This document shows positions 1 through 8,105 of a stretch of DNA of 38,646 nucleotides, in pieces. The stretch covers positions 1 through 38,646 of the forward strand of contig MFEO01000003.1 in the NCBI GenBank assembly GCA_001777585.1, read 5' to 3'. Both the position numbers and the translations under genes were made by a program. The stretch comes from Candidatus Doudnabacteria bacterium RIFCSPHIGHO2_01_FULL_50_11. Its GTDB lineage: Bacteria; Patescibacteriota; Doudnabacteria; UBA920; 2-01-FULL-50-11. The notes under the pieces are model-generated. The model made no database searches and was not told the DNA's origin. It was given only the letters and a program-made list of their open reading frames with translations. The number at the start of each line of letters is the position of its first letter. The stretch's first letter is position 1.

Positions 1-1
1 A

Positions 2-304
2 CCGGCCGTATCCCAGCTGCTCTACGAAAAAGGGATTCTCCTGGTGCCCGATTTCATTGCGAACGCCGGCGGGCTGATCAATGTGGCAGACGAATTACTG
101 CAAGGCGGATACAATCGAGAACGGGTTATTTCCGGAATAGAGGAACTTAAGAGGACCCTAGATCAAGTTTTGCGTCGTTCTGAACAGCTGCATCGTCCGC
201 CCGACCGGATCGCATTGGACATGGCGCAACATGTTATTGGTCTGCAGAAAAAGGCAGAGCCGAGAGGGAGGCCGGTGAAAACACGGGTAGAAAGCGCAGT
301 ATGA
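2..304 (+). CDS. Leu/Val/Phe-type amino-acid dehydrogenase (Glu/Leu/Phe/Val dehydrogenase family), C-terminal fragment; the 5' end lies outside the window
   Basis: The frame is open from base 2. The translation ...LYEKGILLVPDFIANAGGLINVADELLQGGYNRERV... matches the conserved C-terminal NAD-domain block of leucine/phenylalanine dehydrogenases (NAGGxINVADEL..GYNRER). The stop TGA at 302-304 overlaps the next ATG (ATGA). Confidence 0.8.
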   Translation, partial: PAVSQLLYEKGILLVPDFIANAGGLINVADELLQGGYNRERVISGIEELKRTLDQVLRRSEQLHRPPDRIALDMAQHVIGLQKKAEPRGRPVKTRVESAV

Positions 305-1773
305 ATGCCGCGCTCTTTGATACGAAAACTTATGTCACGGTTTCAGAGCGGTCTTGGGAATTGAGCCGCCGCAAGACCCTTCGCGGCGTCTGGGACCGTA
401 TGAGGAAAGGAGTTCCTGCATATAGGCTTTTTTTGAAAAACGCCGGAACAGCCTCAGGCAGAGCTCCCAGGATTTCCGATCCAGGCGGGATAGGTTCGAT
501 GGACAAACGGAATTATTTTTTTCGTTACCCGATGGAGAAACAGTTTTACCGTGACGCTCTCAATCGCGATTCTTATGTCGCGACAGCAACCTCCGGTTCT
601 ACCGGAACGCCCGCCTATTTTTTCCGAACAGACGAAGTAGACCGGCGGTATGCGCAAATCGCTTCATGGTTTCTAAGCCTCGGACCTAAAGGTTCAACGC
701 TCTTAATTGACTGTTTCGGGATGGGGGTATGGATCGGCGGTTTGATCACTTATCAGGCTTTCAGGTATGCCGGACTCTCCGGTTTTCCCGTAAGCATTAT
801 CGCCCCTGGCGTTAATAAAAAGGAGATCTTTGAGGTATTGCGCAGGCTCGCGCCGCAGTTCCGATCAGTGATACTGGCCGGTTATCCTCCTTTTCTTAAG
901 GATATCTTAGACGGAGCGAAGTCAGAAAAGGTTTTTTTTCGTCCGGGACAGCTGCGTTTGGTTTTTGCGGCTGAAGGATTCAGCGAAGAATTCAGAAATT
1001 ACATGGTTGAGGCGGGCAGGCTGAGATCCCCGTATTTGGATACGATGAATATTTATGGTAGCGCTGAGCTGGGGGCAATGGCGTTTGAGACTCCTTACAC
1101 GATCTTGGTAAGACGTCTTGCAAAAACCGCATCGGAAGTCCTGGATAGACTGTTTTTGCCTAAGCGGCTTCCCACACTCGCGCAATATGACCCCCGCCAT
1201 ATCGTGTTTGAATCACTTGAAGGAAAAATTCTAATTACCGGAGATAGTGCTATGCCATTTTTCAGATATAAAATAGGAGATGTCGGATCAACAATGACAT
1301 CGTCAGAAATCGGGGATGTCTTCGAAGAAGCGGGAATCAAGCTCAATCGGAAACTCTCGGCCGCGGGAATTCCTAAAACCCACTTGCCGCTTGTCGCAGT
1401 CTACGAGCGGGAAGATTTTTCAACGAAGCTCTATGGCGCAATCGTTTATCCCGCGCATATACGCGATGCCCTCAGCGCAAGAGCTTTGCGGGAGGCGATT
1501 ACGGGAAAATTTGCGATGAGGACAGGATTTGATAGATGGCAGAATCAGTTTCTTGAGATCTTGGTAGAACTTAAGCCGGGTAAAAACCCAGCCCGCATCC
1601 TCAAGAAGCGGGTTACAGGCGAGATTGTGGATGGGCTTTTGAGGCAGAATGCCGAGTACCGCAATAATTATCAGTCGATTCCCAGAAAAGTCACCCCTCG
1701 TGTCACGTTATTACCGCATGGAGATGAACGGTATTTCCGGACAGGCATCAAACAAAAATGGGTCATTAAATAA
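301..1773 (+). CDS. ANL-superfamily adenylate-forming enzyme, PaaK / coenzyme F390 synthetase / CapK-like (COG1541-like)
   Basis: 490-aa ORF. It carries the P-loop-like TSGSTGTP (around nt 589-612), YGSAELG, FRYKIGD and a C-terminal Lys-rich GIKQKW. This motif order and the length are typical of phenylacetate-CoA-ligase-like enzymes. The start overlaps the upstream stop by 4 nt. Confidence 0.7.
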   Translation: MNAALFDTKTYVTVSERSWELSRRKTLRGVWDRMRKGVPAYRLFLKNAGTASGRAPRISDPGGIGSMDKRNYFFRYPMEKQFYRDALNRDSYVATATSGSTGTPAYFFRTDEVDRRYAQIASWFLSLGPKGSTLLIDCFGMGVWIGGLITYQAFRYAGLSGFPVSIIAPGVNKKEIFEVLRRLAPQFRSVILAGYPPFLKDILDGAKSEKVFFRPGQLRLVFAAEGFSEEFRNYMVEAGRLRSPYLDTMNIYGSAELGAMAFETPYTILVRRLAKTASEVLDRLFLPKRLPTLAQYDPRHIVFESLEGKILITGDSAMPFFRYKIGDVGSTMTSSEIGDVFEEAGIKLNRKLSAAGIPKTHLPLVAVYEREDFSTKLYGAIVYPAHIRDALSARALREAITGKFAMRTGFDRWQNQFLEILVELKPGKNPARILKKRVTGEIVDGLLRQNAEYRNNYQSIPRKVTPRVTLLPHGDERYFRTGIKQKWVIK

Positions 1774-1777
1774 TATC

Positions 1778-2983
1778 ATGAATCAAGCCCTTCGCTCACT
1801 CCGTCTAAAATTAAGCGCCGTCCGAAATGCGGAGGTCGCGAAACGCCCTTTGATCTTGCAGCTTGGCAAAACAGCTGACCGGAAGGTTTTGAGCGCACTT
1901 ATGCGCCAACGGGCCGTGCGTCAGGTTTCTGATGACTACCCAGAGCAGCTGCGGGAGCTCTTTGCAATCGAACATCCCAAACTTGTTTATCAACCAGATT
2001 TTGAAGCGAGTTTTCAAGATTACCTCCGTTCGCAATCAGGCAAAAAGGATTTGATGGAACAGGGAAACTGGGTGTACTATCCGTGGCTCTCGACTCTGGT
2101 GCACCTTCTTCCGGAGCGCGATTTCCAGCGCGTGCGGACTGCCCGGAATCGGCATTTGATTACTGAAGTGGAGCAGAAGCTGTACTATGATGCAGTGGTA
2201 GGGATCGCAGGCTTAAGCGTGGGCAACAGCGTTATCTTAGCCATCGTTCTTCAAGGCGGCGCGAAAAGGATTCGATTGGCGGATTTCGACAGGCTTGCCT
2301 TATCTAACCTCAATCGGATCAGGGCCGGCGTAGAAAGCCTAGGGCTGGAGAAGGTCTTAATGACTGCCCGGCAGATTTACGCGCTCAATCCATATGCGTC
2401 GTTGGAACTATACGGTGAAGGATTGACGGAGAAGAATATCAAAGACTTTTTTTCCGCAAAACCAAAACTGACGCTTTTAATCGACGAGCTGGACAACATA
2501 GCGATGAAATATTTGATCCGTGAACATGCCCGCAAAAACCATCTCCCAGTTATTATGGGTGCGGACAACGGAGACAATGTAGTCGTGGATATTGAACGCT
2601 ACGATCTAAATTCCAAAACGCCTTTTTTCCATGGCCGTTTAGGCAGGGTCAATTACCAAATGCTCAAAAATTTGGACAAGTTTGGCATTGGCAGGACTAT
2701 AACCCGCCATATCGGTCCGGAAAATGTCACTGAGCGTATGCAACAATCACTGCTTGACATGGGTCGCGGCATCGTTTCCTGGCCGCAGCTTGGAGGAGCG
2801 GCGCTTCTCAACGGTAGCGCATTGGCATATTGCGCCCGTAAAATAGCGACAGCACAGCCCGTAGAAAAGAAGCGCTCGCTCATATCTTTGGACGCGGCAC
2901 TCGATCCGCAATACACTGGCAACGCAGCAAAAAGGCGGAGGCGCAGAATAGTGAAAGATTTCAAAAAATTATTCGGACTCTAA
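1778..2983 (+). CDS. ThiF/MoeB/HesA-family E1-like adenylyltransferase-fold protein (resembles the N-terminal half of Rv1355c/MoeY-type proteins)
   Basis: Rossmann block VVGIAGLSVGNSVILAIVLQGGAKRIRLADFDRLALSNLNRI (a GxxGxxxG variant followed by DxD...NLNR). It is preceded by WVYYPW...VHLLPE. I see no CxxC zinc pairs. I prefer ATG 1778 (4 nt after the ligase stop) to the ORF-track start at 1649, which would overlap the ligase by 125 nt. Confidence 0.7.
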   Translation: MNQALRSLRLKLSAVRNAEVAKRPLILQLGKTADRKVLSALMRQRAVRQVSDDYPEQLRELFAIEHPKLVYQPDFEASFQDYLRSQSGKKDLMEQGNWVYYPWLSTLVHLLPERDFQRVRTARNRHLITEVEQKLYYDAVVGIAGLSVGNSVILAIVLQGGAKRIRLADFDRLALSNLNRIRAGVESLGLEKVLMTARQIYALNPYASLELYGEGLTEKNIKDFFSAKPKLTLLIDELDNIAMKYLIREHARKNHLPVIMGADNGDNVVVDIERYDLNSKTPFFHGRLGRVNYQMLKNLDKFGIGRTITRHIGPENVTERMQQSLLDMGRGIVSWPQLGGAALLNGSALAYCARKIATAQPVEKKRSLISLDAALDPQYTGNAAKRRRRRIVKDFKKLFGL

Positions 2984-2988
2984 TCAAC

Positions 2989-4050
2989 ATGGAACAACAC
3001 ATCCGCAACATACTTGAAGGTGCCGCCACCGCTCCCTCAGGGGAGAATTGTCAGCCGTGGCATGTCGTTGTAAAAGACAACAGTCTGGAGATTTACAATG
3101 TTCCCGAACGGGACCTCTCCCTCTATAATGTCAATCAACTGGGCTCAATGACGGCACACGGCGCGTTTTTGGAGAGTTTGAAAATCGCGGCTTCGGCAGA
3201 AGGGCTCGAAGCGCGAGTCCGCTTGTTTCCGGACGCGTCTCAACCTACGCTTGTTGCTTTAGTGGATCTGGTACAAGCCGATATTTCAGCTGATCCGCTC
3301 GAAAAGTACTTGCGAATTCGCGCGACGAATCGTAAGCTTTACGATAAAGCGCCTGTAGATGCTGCCCAGTACGTACTTCTGAAAACAGCAGCAGATAGTG
3401 TAGCGAGCGTACGAACTTCCTTCATTGATGATCAGGCGCGGATAAAGGATTTATCCGACGCTTTCAGTCTGAACGAGCGTCTGCTTTTTGAGAACCGCGC
3501 TTTGCACGACTTCTTTTATTCTCACGTTCGTTGGACAGAAGAAGAGGATCGCAGGTATAAGACAGGGTTCTTCATCAAGACGCTCGAGCTTCGCGGTCCC
3601 CAGCAGCCAGCCTTCAAGCTTCTGCGCCGATGGGGACTTGCGCGTTTTGCCGCCCGCCTCGGTGTTTCGAAACAGATAGCAAAAGACAACGCTAAGACGT
3701 ATGCTGCCTCGGCCGTTCTGGCGGCATTTCTAGTTCGACAGAACCTGCCCGAAGATTTCGTGCACATAGGACGTGCGATGCAGCGCTTCTGGCTTACGTC
3801 AACCTCGCTGGGGCTTGCCGTGCAACCTATGACCGGAGTTTTATTCTTTATGCAGCGCTTGCAGGCTGAATCCGGCCAGGCGTTTGCGAGTTCGCAGCAG
3901 GCACTCATACGCTCGTCATTCGCCCGTATCTCGTCCGCTTTCGGCGCGGGCGGGGACACTCTGGCGGTGGTGCTCCGAATAGGCCGCGCCGCTGCACCGA
4001 GCGCTCGTTCTTCGCGTTTTAGCGTAGACGAGATAGTGAGCGAAGAATAG
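2989..4050 (+). CDS. Nitroreductase-superfamily FMN oxidoreductase, double-length (Acg / Rv1355c C-terminal-like) form
   Basis: The N-terminal APSGENCQPWH motif is the nitroreductase-fold signature. The 353-aa length fits single-chain tandem nitroreductase proteins. RATNRKLY is present. The start is 5 nt after the ThiF-like stop. Confidence 0.7.
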   Translation: MEQHIRNILEGAATAPSGENCQPWHVVVKDNSLEIYNVPERDLSLYNVNQLGSMTAHGAFLESLKIAASAEGLEARVRLFPDASQPTLVALVDLVQADISADPLEKYLRIRATNRKLYDKAPVDAAQYVLLKTAADSVASVRTSFIDDQARIKDLSDAFSLNERLLFENRALHDFFYSHVRWTEEEDRRYKTGFFIKTLELRGPQQPAFKLLRRWGLARFAARLGVSKQIAKDNAKTYAASAVLAAFLVRQNLPEDFVHIGRAMQRFWLTSTSLGLAVQPMTGVLFFMQRLQAESGQAFASSQQALIRSSFARISSAFGAGGDTLAVVLRIGRAAAPSARSSRFSVDEIVSEE

Positions 4051-4066
4051 TCAGGATTTTCTTACA

Positions 4067-5731
4067 ATGGATCTGCTTCAAAATATTAGTCTCGTACCCG
4101 TCGGAACGGTCATTGCAGCGATCGGTATTTTAGGTTTTGTCGTATTTTTCAATAATTCCAAGAGCGCCACCAATGTGGCGTTTTTGTTTTTTTCACTCGT
4201 TGCTATTTTCTGGAACGGCCTCAACTACCTGGCTTATCAATTTGAATCTCTGACCATTGTTTTGTGGCTCTTGCGGTTCGTCTTGTTTTTTGCAGTGTGG
4301 TACTGTTTCAGCCTTTTGCATTTTTTCTACGTATTCCCGAAAGAGATCACAGTTTTTTCCCGAAGCTATAAATTTGTGCTGCTTCCGATGACAGCAATCG
4401 GCTCTCTTCTCACCCTGACTCCATGGGCAATAGAGAAAATAAACCAGCTTCCTTCTGACGGCTCCGGCGCACCCGATGTATTGGGCCCCGTCATGCCGGT
4501 ATTTGGCATATTGGTCTCAGTCCTCATCACAGCCGGTATTACGTTGCTCGTAAAAAAAATGCTTGCTTCGCGGGACACGGTTCGGACTCAATATAGGTTG
4601 ATCCTCATCGGAACTATCATTACGTTTTCCTGCTACATTGCTTTCAATTTCGTACTGCCAGTATTCTTTGACACGATTATTTTCATACCATTAGGCGCAT
4701 TTTTCACATTTCCTTTCGTTGCTTTCACCAGCTACGCGGTGATCAAGCATAAATTGATGAACGTGAAGGTGATTTCTTCTGAGATCTTAGTCTTCGTGCT
4801 TTCCTTAGTCAGCCTGTTACAGGTTTTGCTCTCCACCGGCCTCAATGCAATCATTTTCCGGTCAATGGTTTTTATCCTCGTCTTGGTGTTCGGCATGCTC
4901 TTGATCAGGAGCGTAGTTCGGGAGGTCAAACAGCGCGAGCAGTTGCAGATTTTGGATAAGCAGCTGGAAGAAGCGAACAAACAGCTGAAGGCCCTCGATC
5001 GGGCGCGCGCGGAATTTATTTCACTTGTCAGCCATCAGATGAGAACGCCCCCCTCGACGATCAAGTGGTATCTGGCGAGCATTCTCGAGGGGGATTTTGG
5101 CGAAACGAGCAAAGACCTGCACGATGCGCTTGAAAGGCTGAATATCACCAACAACGCGCAGATTTCGTTGATAGAGGATCTCTTGAACGTGTCCCGCATC
5201 GAACGGGGGAAAATGGAATTTACCTATGCCGAGACCGACATTGTGAAATTAACGGAGATAAGCGTTCAGGTGCTCCTGCCGGCGGCTGTAACTAAAAACC
5301 TGAAATTGATTTTCAAAAAGCCCAGCGTGAAGATCCCGCTTCTGACCATCGATAAAGAGAAGGTCAGGCAAGTGATTAATAATTTGATCGATAACGCTAT
5401 CAAATACACGAGGTCAGGGTCGGTGACGGTGGAGGTAAAGAAGACTTCCGGAGAAGTTCGAGTGAGTGTCGCCGATACCGGCAAGGGGATTCGTCCCGAG
5501 GAAGCGGGCAGGATTTTCGACAAGTTTGGACGGGCCAAAGACTCGAGCAATTACGCCGCTGGCCTTGGGCTTGGTCTCTTCGTGGCAAAAGTCATCATGG
5601 CCCAACACCACGGCAAGATCTGGGCCGAAAGCGCAGGCGAGGGCAAGGGTTCGAAATTCAGTATTGCTCTACCGATAGCATCAATTGACCAGAAGAGTAC
5701 CACCTATGACCTCGTGACCCAGCGCGGCTAG
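4067..5731 (+). CDS. Sensor histidine kinase with an N-terminal polytopic (about 8-9 TM) sensor domain; no adjacent response regulator
   Basis: The first roughly 280 aa are successive hydrophobic helices, followed by a coiled-coil. The H-box is FISLVSHQMRTPPSTI, the N-box NLIDNAIKYT, G1 DTGKGI and G2 GLGLGL. The start is 16 nt after the nitroreductase stop. Confidence 0.9.
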   Translation: MDLLQNISLVPVGTVIAAIGILGFVVFFNNSKSATNVAFLFFSLVAIFWNGLNYLAYQFESLTIVLWLLRFVLFFAVWYCFSLLHFFYVFPKEITVFSRSYKFVLLPMTAIGSLLTLTPWAIEKINQLPSDGSGAPDVLGPVMPVFGILVSVLITAGITLLVKKMLASRDTVRTQYRLILIGTIITFSCYIAFNFVLPVFFDTIIFIPLGAFFTFPFVAFTSYAVIKHKLMNVKVISSEILVFVLSLVSLLQVLLSTGLNAIIFRSMVFILVLVFGMLLIRSVVREVKQREQLQILDKQLEEANKQLKALDRARAEFISLVSHQMRTPPSTIKWYLASILEGDFGETSKDLHDALERLNITNNAQISLIEDLLNVSRIERGKMEFTYAETDIVKLTEISVQVLLPAAVTKNLKLIFKKPSVKIPLLTIDKEKVRQVINNLIDNAIKYTRSGSVTVEVKKTSGEVRVSVADTGKGIRPEEAGRIFDKFGRAKDSSNYAAGLGLGLFVAKVIMAQHHGKIWAESAGEGKGSKFSIALPIASIDQKSTTYDLVTQRG

Positions 5732-5759
5732 AGGGCTAGATAGACATTTCAAGCTTGCT

Positions 5760-5788
5760 CAACACTTTGTCGAACAAGGTGTTGTTTT
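5760..5788 (+). terminator. Rho-independent terminator after the histidine kinase gene
   Basis: CAACACTTTGT-cga-ACAAGGTGTTG forms an 11-bp stem (one G-U pair) with a 3-nt loop. It is followed by TTTT (5785-5788). Confidence 0.7.
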
Positions 5789-5801
5789 GATTGGGACGAT
5801 T

Positions 5802-5810
5802 TGCTAGTAT
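5802..5810 (+). promoter_or_regulatory. Extended -10 promoter element TGcTAGTAT upstream of pyrC
   Basis: A TGn+TAnnnT motif sits 23 nt upstream of ATG 5833. It is followed by a strong SD, AAGGAGG (5822-5828). It lies just downstream of the 5760-5788 terminator. Confidence 0.45.
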
Positions 5811-5832
5811 GAGCGGATATCAAGGAGGAACC

Positions 5833-7170
5833 ATGAATCAGATGACCGACGCAACGTGGGAGATTCGCGACGTATTGCTTCCTACCGGGGTCCGGGCAAC
5901 CATCAGGATCCAGGGTAAGAAAATTGTTGCAGTCGGCTTCACGAGCCTCTGCGACCGCTATCTTGACGGGAGCAATCTCGAGATCTATCCCGGTTTCCGG
6001 AACGTGCACGTGCATTTTCGACAGCCGGGTTGGGAATACAAGGAAACTTGGGCTACCGCAGTACCTGCCGCAATTGCCGGAGGATATACGCTGGTCTGCT
6101 CCATGCCCAATGCCAAGATACAGACGACTACACTGCAGGCACTCGAAGACAAAATAATCCTTGTCGGAGACCAGCCCATCGACAAACGATTTTGGTACGG
6201 CGCAACCAAGACCAACCACGCAGACTACAAGTATTTGCGAAGCTACGCTCAATGCTGCGGCGTCAAGCTCTATACGTCCTCAACGACAGGGGATATGAAA
6301 ATCGTAGAGCGCGAGATTCAGCGCTATGTCATGGCCACCTGCGCTGATGCCAGAGTGCTTCTGGCAATACACGCGCAAGATGAAGAGCTTCGTCTTCGCA
6401 ATCTTACGCGCCTTCAAGCCCAGCGGGAGCTCGTGATCGCTGACCACTGCAAGATTCAAGACACCGAAGTAGAGCTTCGGGCAGTGATCCAGGCGTTGGA
6501 ATTGCAGAAAGAGACCAGATGCGCGATCTTGCTTTGTCACTTGTCAGCACCCGAATCGCTTGAGGCAGTGGACAGAGCGCGCCAAGCCGGACAGACAGGA
6601 ATTTACGTGGAGACCTGCCCGCAATACCTCTTCCTCAATTCTGATTTTCTCAAAGGGGAATTTGCAGCGGGTTTCAAATGCAATCCGTCACTGCGAAGTC
6701 GCAAACAGATGAAAAGAATGTTCGAGCTTACTTGCCGTCCGGACATAGTAGATGTGATAAGTGATGATCATGCGCCGCACAATCTGGGTCAGGACAAAGG
6801 GATCGTTCGCCTACGCCCACTTGAAATTTCTCCAAGGCCATACGACGAAGTGGCCAGCGGCCTGCCCGGACTGCAAACCACGGGGCTCCTAGTCTACAAC
6901 AGCATGGTTGCAAGCGGTAAAGTCAGTCGCTTCCATTTTGCGAATCTGATGTCCATCAACGCAGGCCGAATCCTGGGGCTGCCTCGCCCGGGGATTGACG
7001 TCGGAGCCGATGCAGACCTGGTGGCGATTGATCCGCAGGCGCGGCATGTATTTCGTCACTATGAGATGTTGAGCAAAGCAGGCTACACTCCGTACGATGG
7101 ATTCGAGGGGAGTGGCAGGATTGCCTTTACTGTTGCGCAAGGAGCGCTCTATGGCGCGGAACTGAAATAG
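5833..7170 (+). CDS. pyrC: Dihydroorotase (cyclic amidohydrolase family)
   Basis: Motifs NVHVHFRQPG, MPNA, IHAQDE, CHLS, ETCPQYL, NPSLR and ISDDHAPH match the type I dihydroorotase pattern. I chose ATG 5833 because of the AAGGAGG SD; the ORF-track start at 5791 is TTG without an SD. pyrF and a pyrE-like gene lie downstream. Confidence 0.8.
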   Translation: MNQMTDATWEIRDVLLPTGVRATIRIQGKKIVAVGFTSLCDRYLDGSNLEIYPGFRNVHVHFRQPGWEYKETWATAVPAAIAGGYTLVCSMPNAKIQTTTLQALEDKIILVGDQPIDKRFWYGATKTNHADYKYLRSYAQCCGVKLYTSSTTGDMKIVEREIQRYVMATCADARVLLAIHAQDEELRLRNLTRLQAQRELVIADHCKIQDTEVELRAVIQALELQKETRCAILLCHLSAPESLEAVDRARQAGQTGIYVETCPQYLFLNSDFLKGEFAAGFKCNPSLRSRKQMKRMFELTCRPDIVDVISDDHAPHNLGQDKGIVRLRPLEISPRPYDEVASGLPGLQTTGLLVYNSMVASGKVSRFHFANLMSINAGRILGLPRPGIDVGADADLVAIDPQARHVFRHYEMLSKAGYTPYDGFEGSGRIAFTVAQGALYGAELK

Positions 7171-7186
7171 AGTTTCGCGCTTTTTT
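7154..7186 (+). terminator. Rho-independent terminator overlapping the pyrC stop codon
   Basis: GCGCGGAACT-gaaatag-AGTTTCGCGC forms a 10-bp stem with one G-U pair, and the stop TAG sits in the loop. It is followed by TTTTTT (7181-7186). Confidence 0.75.
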
Positions 7187-7208
7187 ATTTGTCGCAAAAC
7201 GTTTTTTT

Positions 7209-7217
7209 TGATAGTAT
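7209..7217 (+). promoter_or_regulatory. Extended -10 promoter element TGaTAGTAT upstream of pyrF, preceded by a T8 tract
   Basis: A TGn+TAGTAT motif. A T-rich tract (7202-7209) lies immediately upstream. The predicted leader contains a 7-bp hairpin, TCAGCGG...CCGCTGA (7224-7248). Confidence 0.45.
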
Positions 7218-7273
7218 GTTCTGTCAGCGGTTTAGTTTCTTCCGCTGAATATTGAAAAGGCGAAGAAGGGGAA

Positions 7274-8077
7274 ATGAAAGAGAAAATTATAGTTGCTCTG
7301 GACGTATCAACTGTGGATGAGGCGTTGTCGCTAAGTTCACAGCTGAGTGACCACGTAGGCGGTTTCAAACTGGGATTCGAGTTTTTCTACTCAACGCTGG
7401 CCTCGCTTATGCTGGATCCCATGGTTGACGCGGTTACCAGCTTACACAAGGCTCGCCAGCTTTTTGAGCAGCTTGCCGGCCGGGTGTTTCTGGACGTCAA
7501 GTTCGAAGACATTCCGGAGACAGTGAAGAAAGCCGCCCGAACTCTTGCGAGGTTCCGACCCAAGTTCATCAATCTCCATGCGGCCGGCGGGAAGAAGATG
7601 ATGCTGGCCGCAAAAGAAGGCCTTATTGAAGCTGGGCTTGGAGACATTCCTGTACTTGCAGTCACCGTTCTCACGAGCTTGGATTTCCAAGCACTCTTGG
7701 AGATAGGAGTTTGCAGCAGTTACGGCAATATGTCGGAAGGCGACGGAGTTGAGGAGATTCGAGCTCACGTCATTACGCGAGCCATGCTCGCGAAAAAGTG
7801 CGGTCTGGCCGGAGTGATTGCTTCTGCGCAGGAAGCTCCATTCATTAGACGGATGTGCGGTGACGACTTTCTGATAGTCACTCCAGGTATCCGAACCGCC
7901 TGGGCAACGTGGGCGGGCAGTGCCGATCAGGCACGAATACTCACGCCGCAACTGGCGATCGAGGGTGGGAGTGATTATTTGGTTATCGGACGACCGATTG
8001 TCGACACCCCGGAGTCGGAAGGTGGCCCCGTGGCAACAGTAAAGCGAATTGTAGCCGAGCTGTCGCAGTCCTATTAA
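7274..8077 (+). CDS. pyrF: Orotidine 5'-phosphate decarboxylase
   Basis: Motifs IIVALDV, FKLG, FLDVKFEDIPETV (the DxKxxDIxxT motif), TPGIR, ADQARILTP and VIGRPI. Confidence 0.85.
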   Translation: MKEKIIVALDVSTVDEALSLSSQLSDHVGGFKLGFEFFYSTLASLMLDPMVDAVTSLHKARQLFEQLAGRVFLDVKFEDIPETVKKAARTLARFRPKFINLHAAGGKKMMLAAKEGLIEAGLGDIPVLAVTVLTSLDFQALLEIGVCSSYGNMSEGDGVEEIRAHVITRAMLAKKCGLAGVIASAQEAPFIRRMCGDDFLIVTPGIRTAWATWAGSADQARILTPQLAIEGGSDYLVIGRPIVDTPESEGGPVATVKRIVAELSQSY

Positions 8078-8105
8078 GTTACTGGTGTTTGAAATAGGAG
8101 GTAAG

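Noticed and set aside
1649-1777. An upstream in-frame extension of the ThiF-like ORF. The ORF track starts it at 1649, adding 43 aa.
   Set aside because: It would overlap the 3' end of the ligase gene by 125 nt in another frame. ATG 1778 lies 4 nt after the ligase stop, which fits the tight operon spacing seen at the other junctions. The extra peptide shows no recognisable features.
5749-6252. A 167-aa minus-strand ORF overlapping the pyrC 5' region.
   Set aside because: It is antisense to a motif-supported dihydroorotase. It spans the histidine-kinase terminator hairpin and the pyrC promoter/SD. It has no recognisable motifs and is a typical shadow ORF.
6889-7368. A 159-aa minus-strand ORF spanning the pyrC 3' end, the intergenic region and the pyrF start.
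   Set aside because: It crosses a strong terminator and a promoter and overlaps two well-supported + strand genes. No motif supports it.
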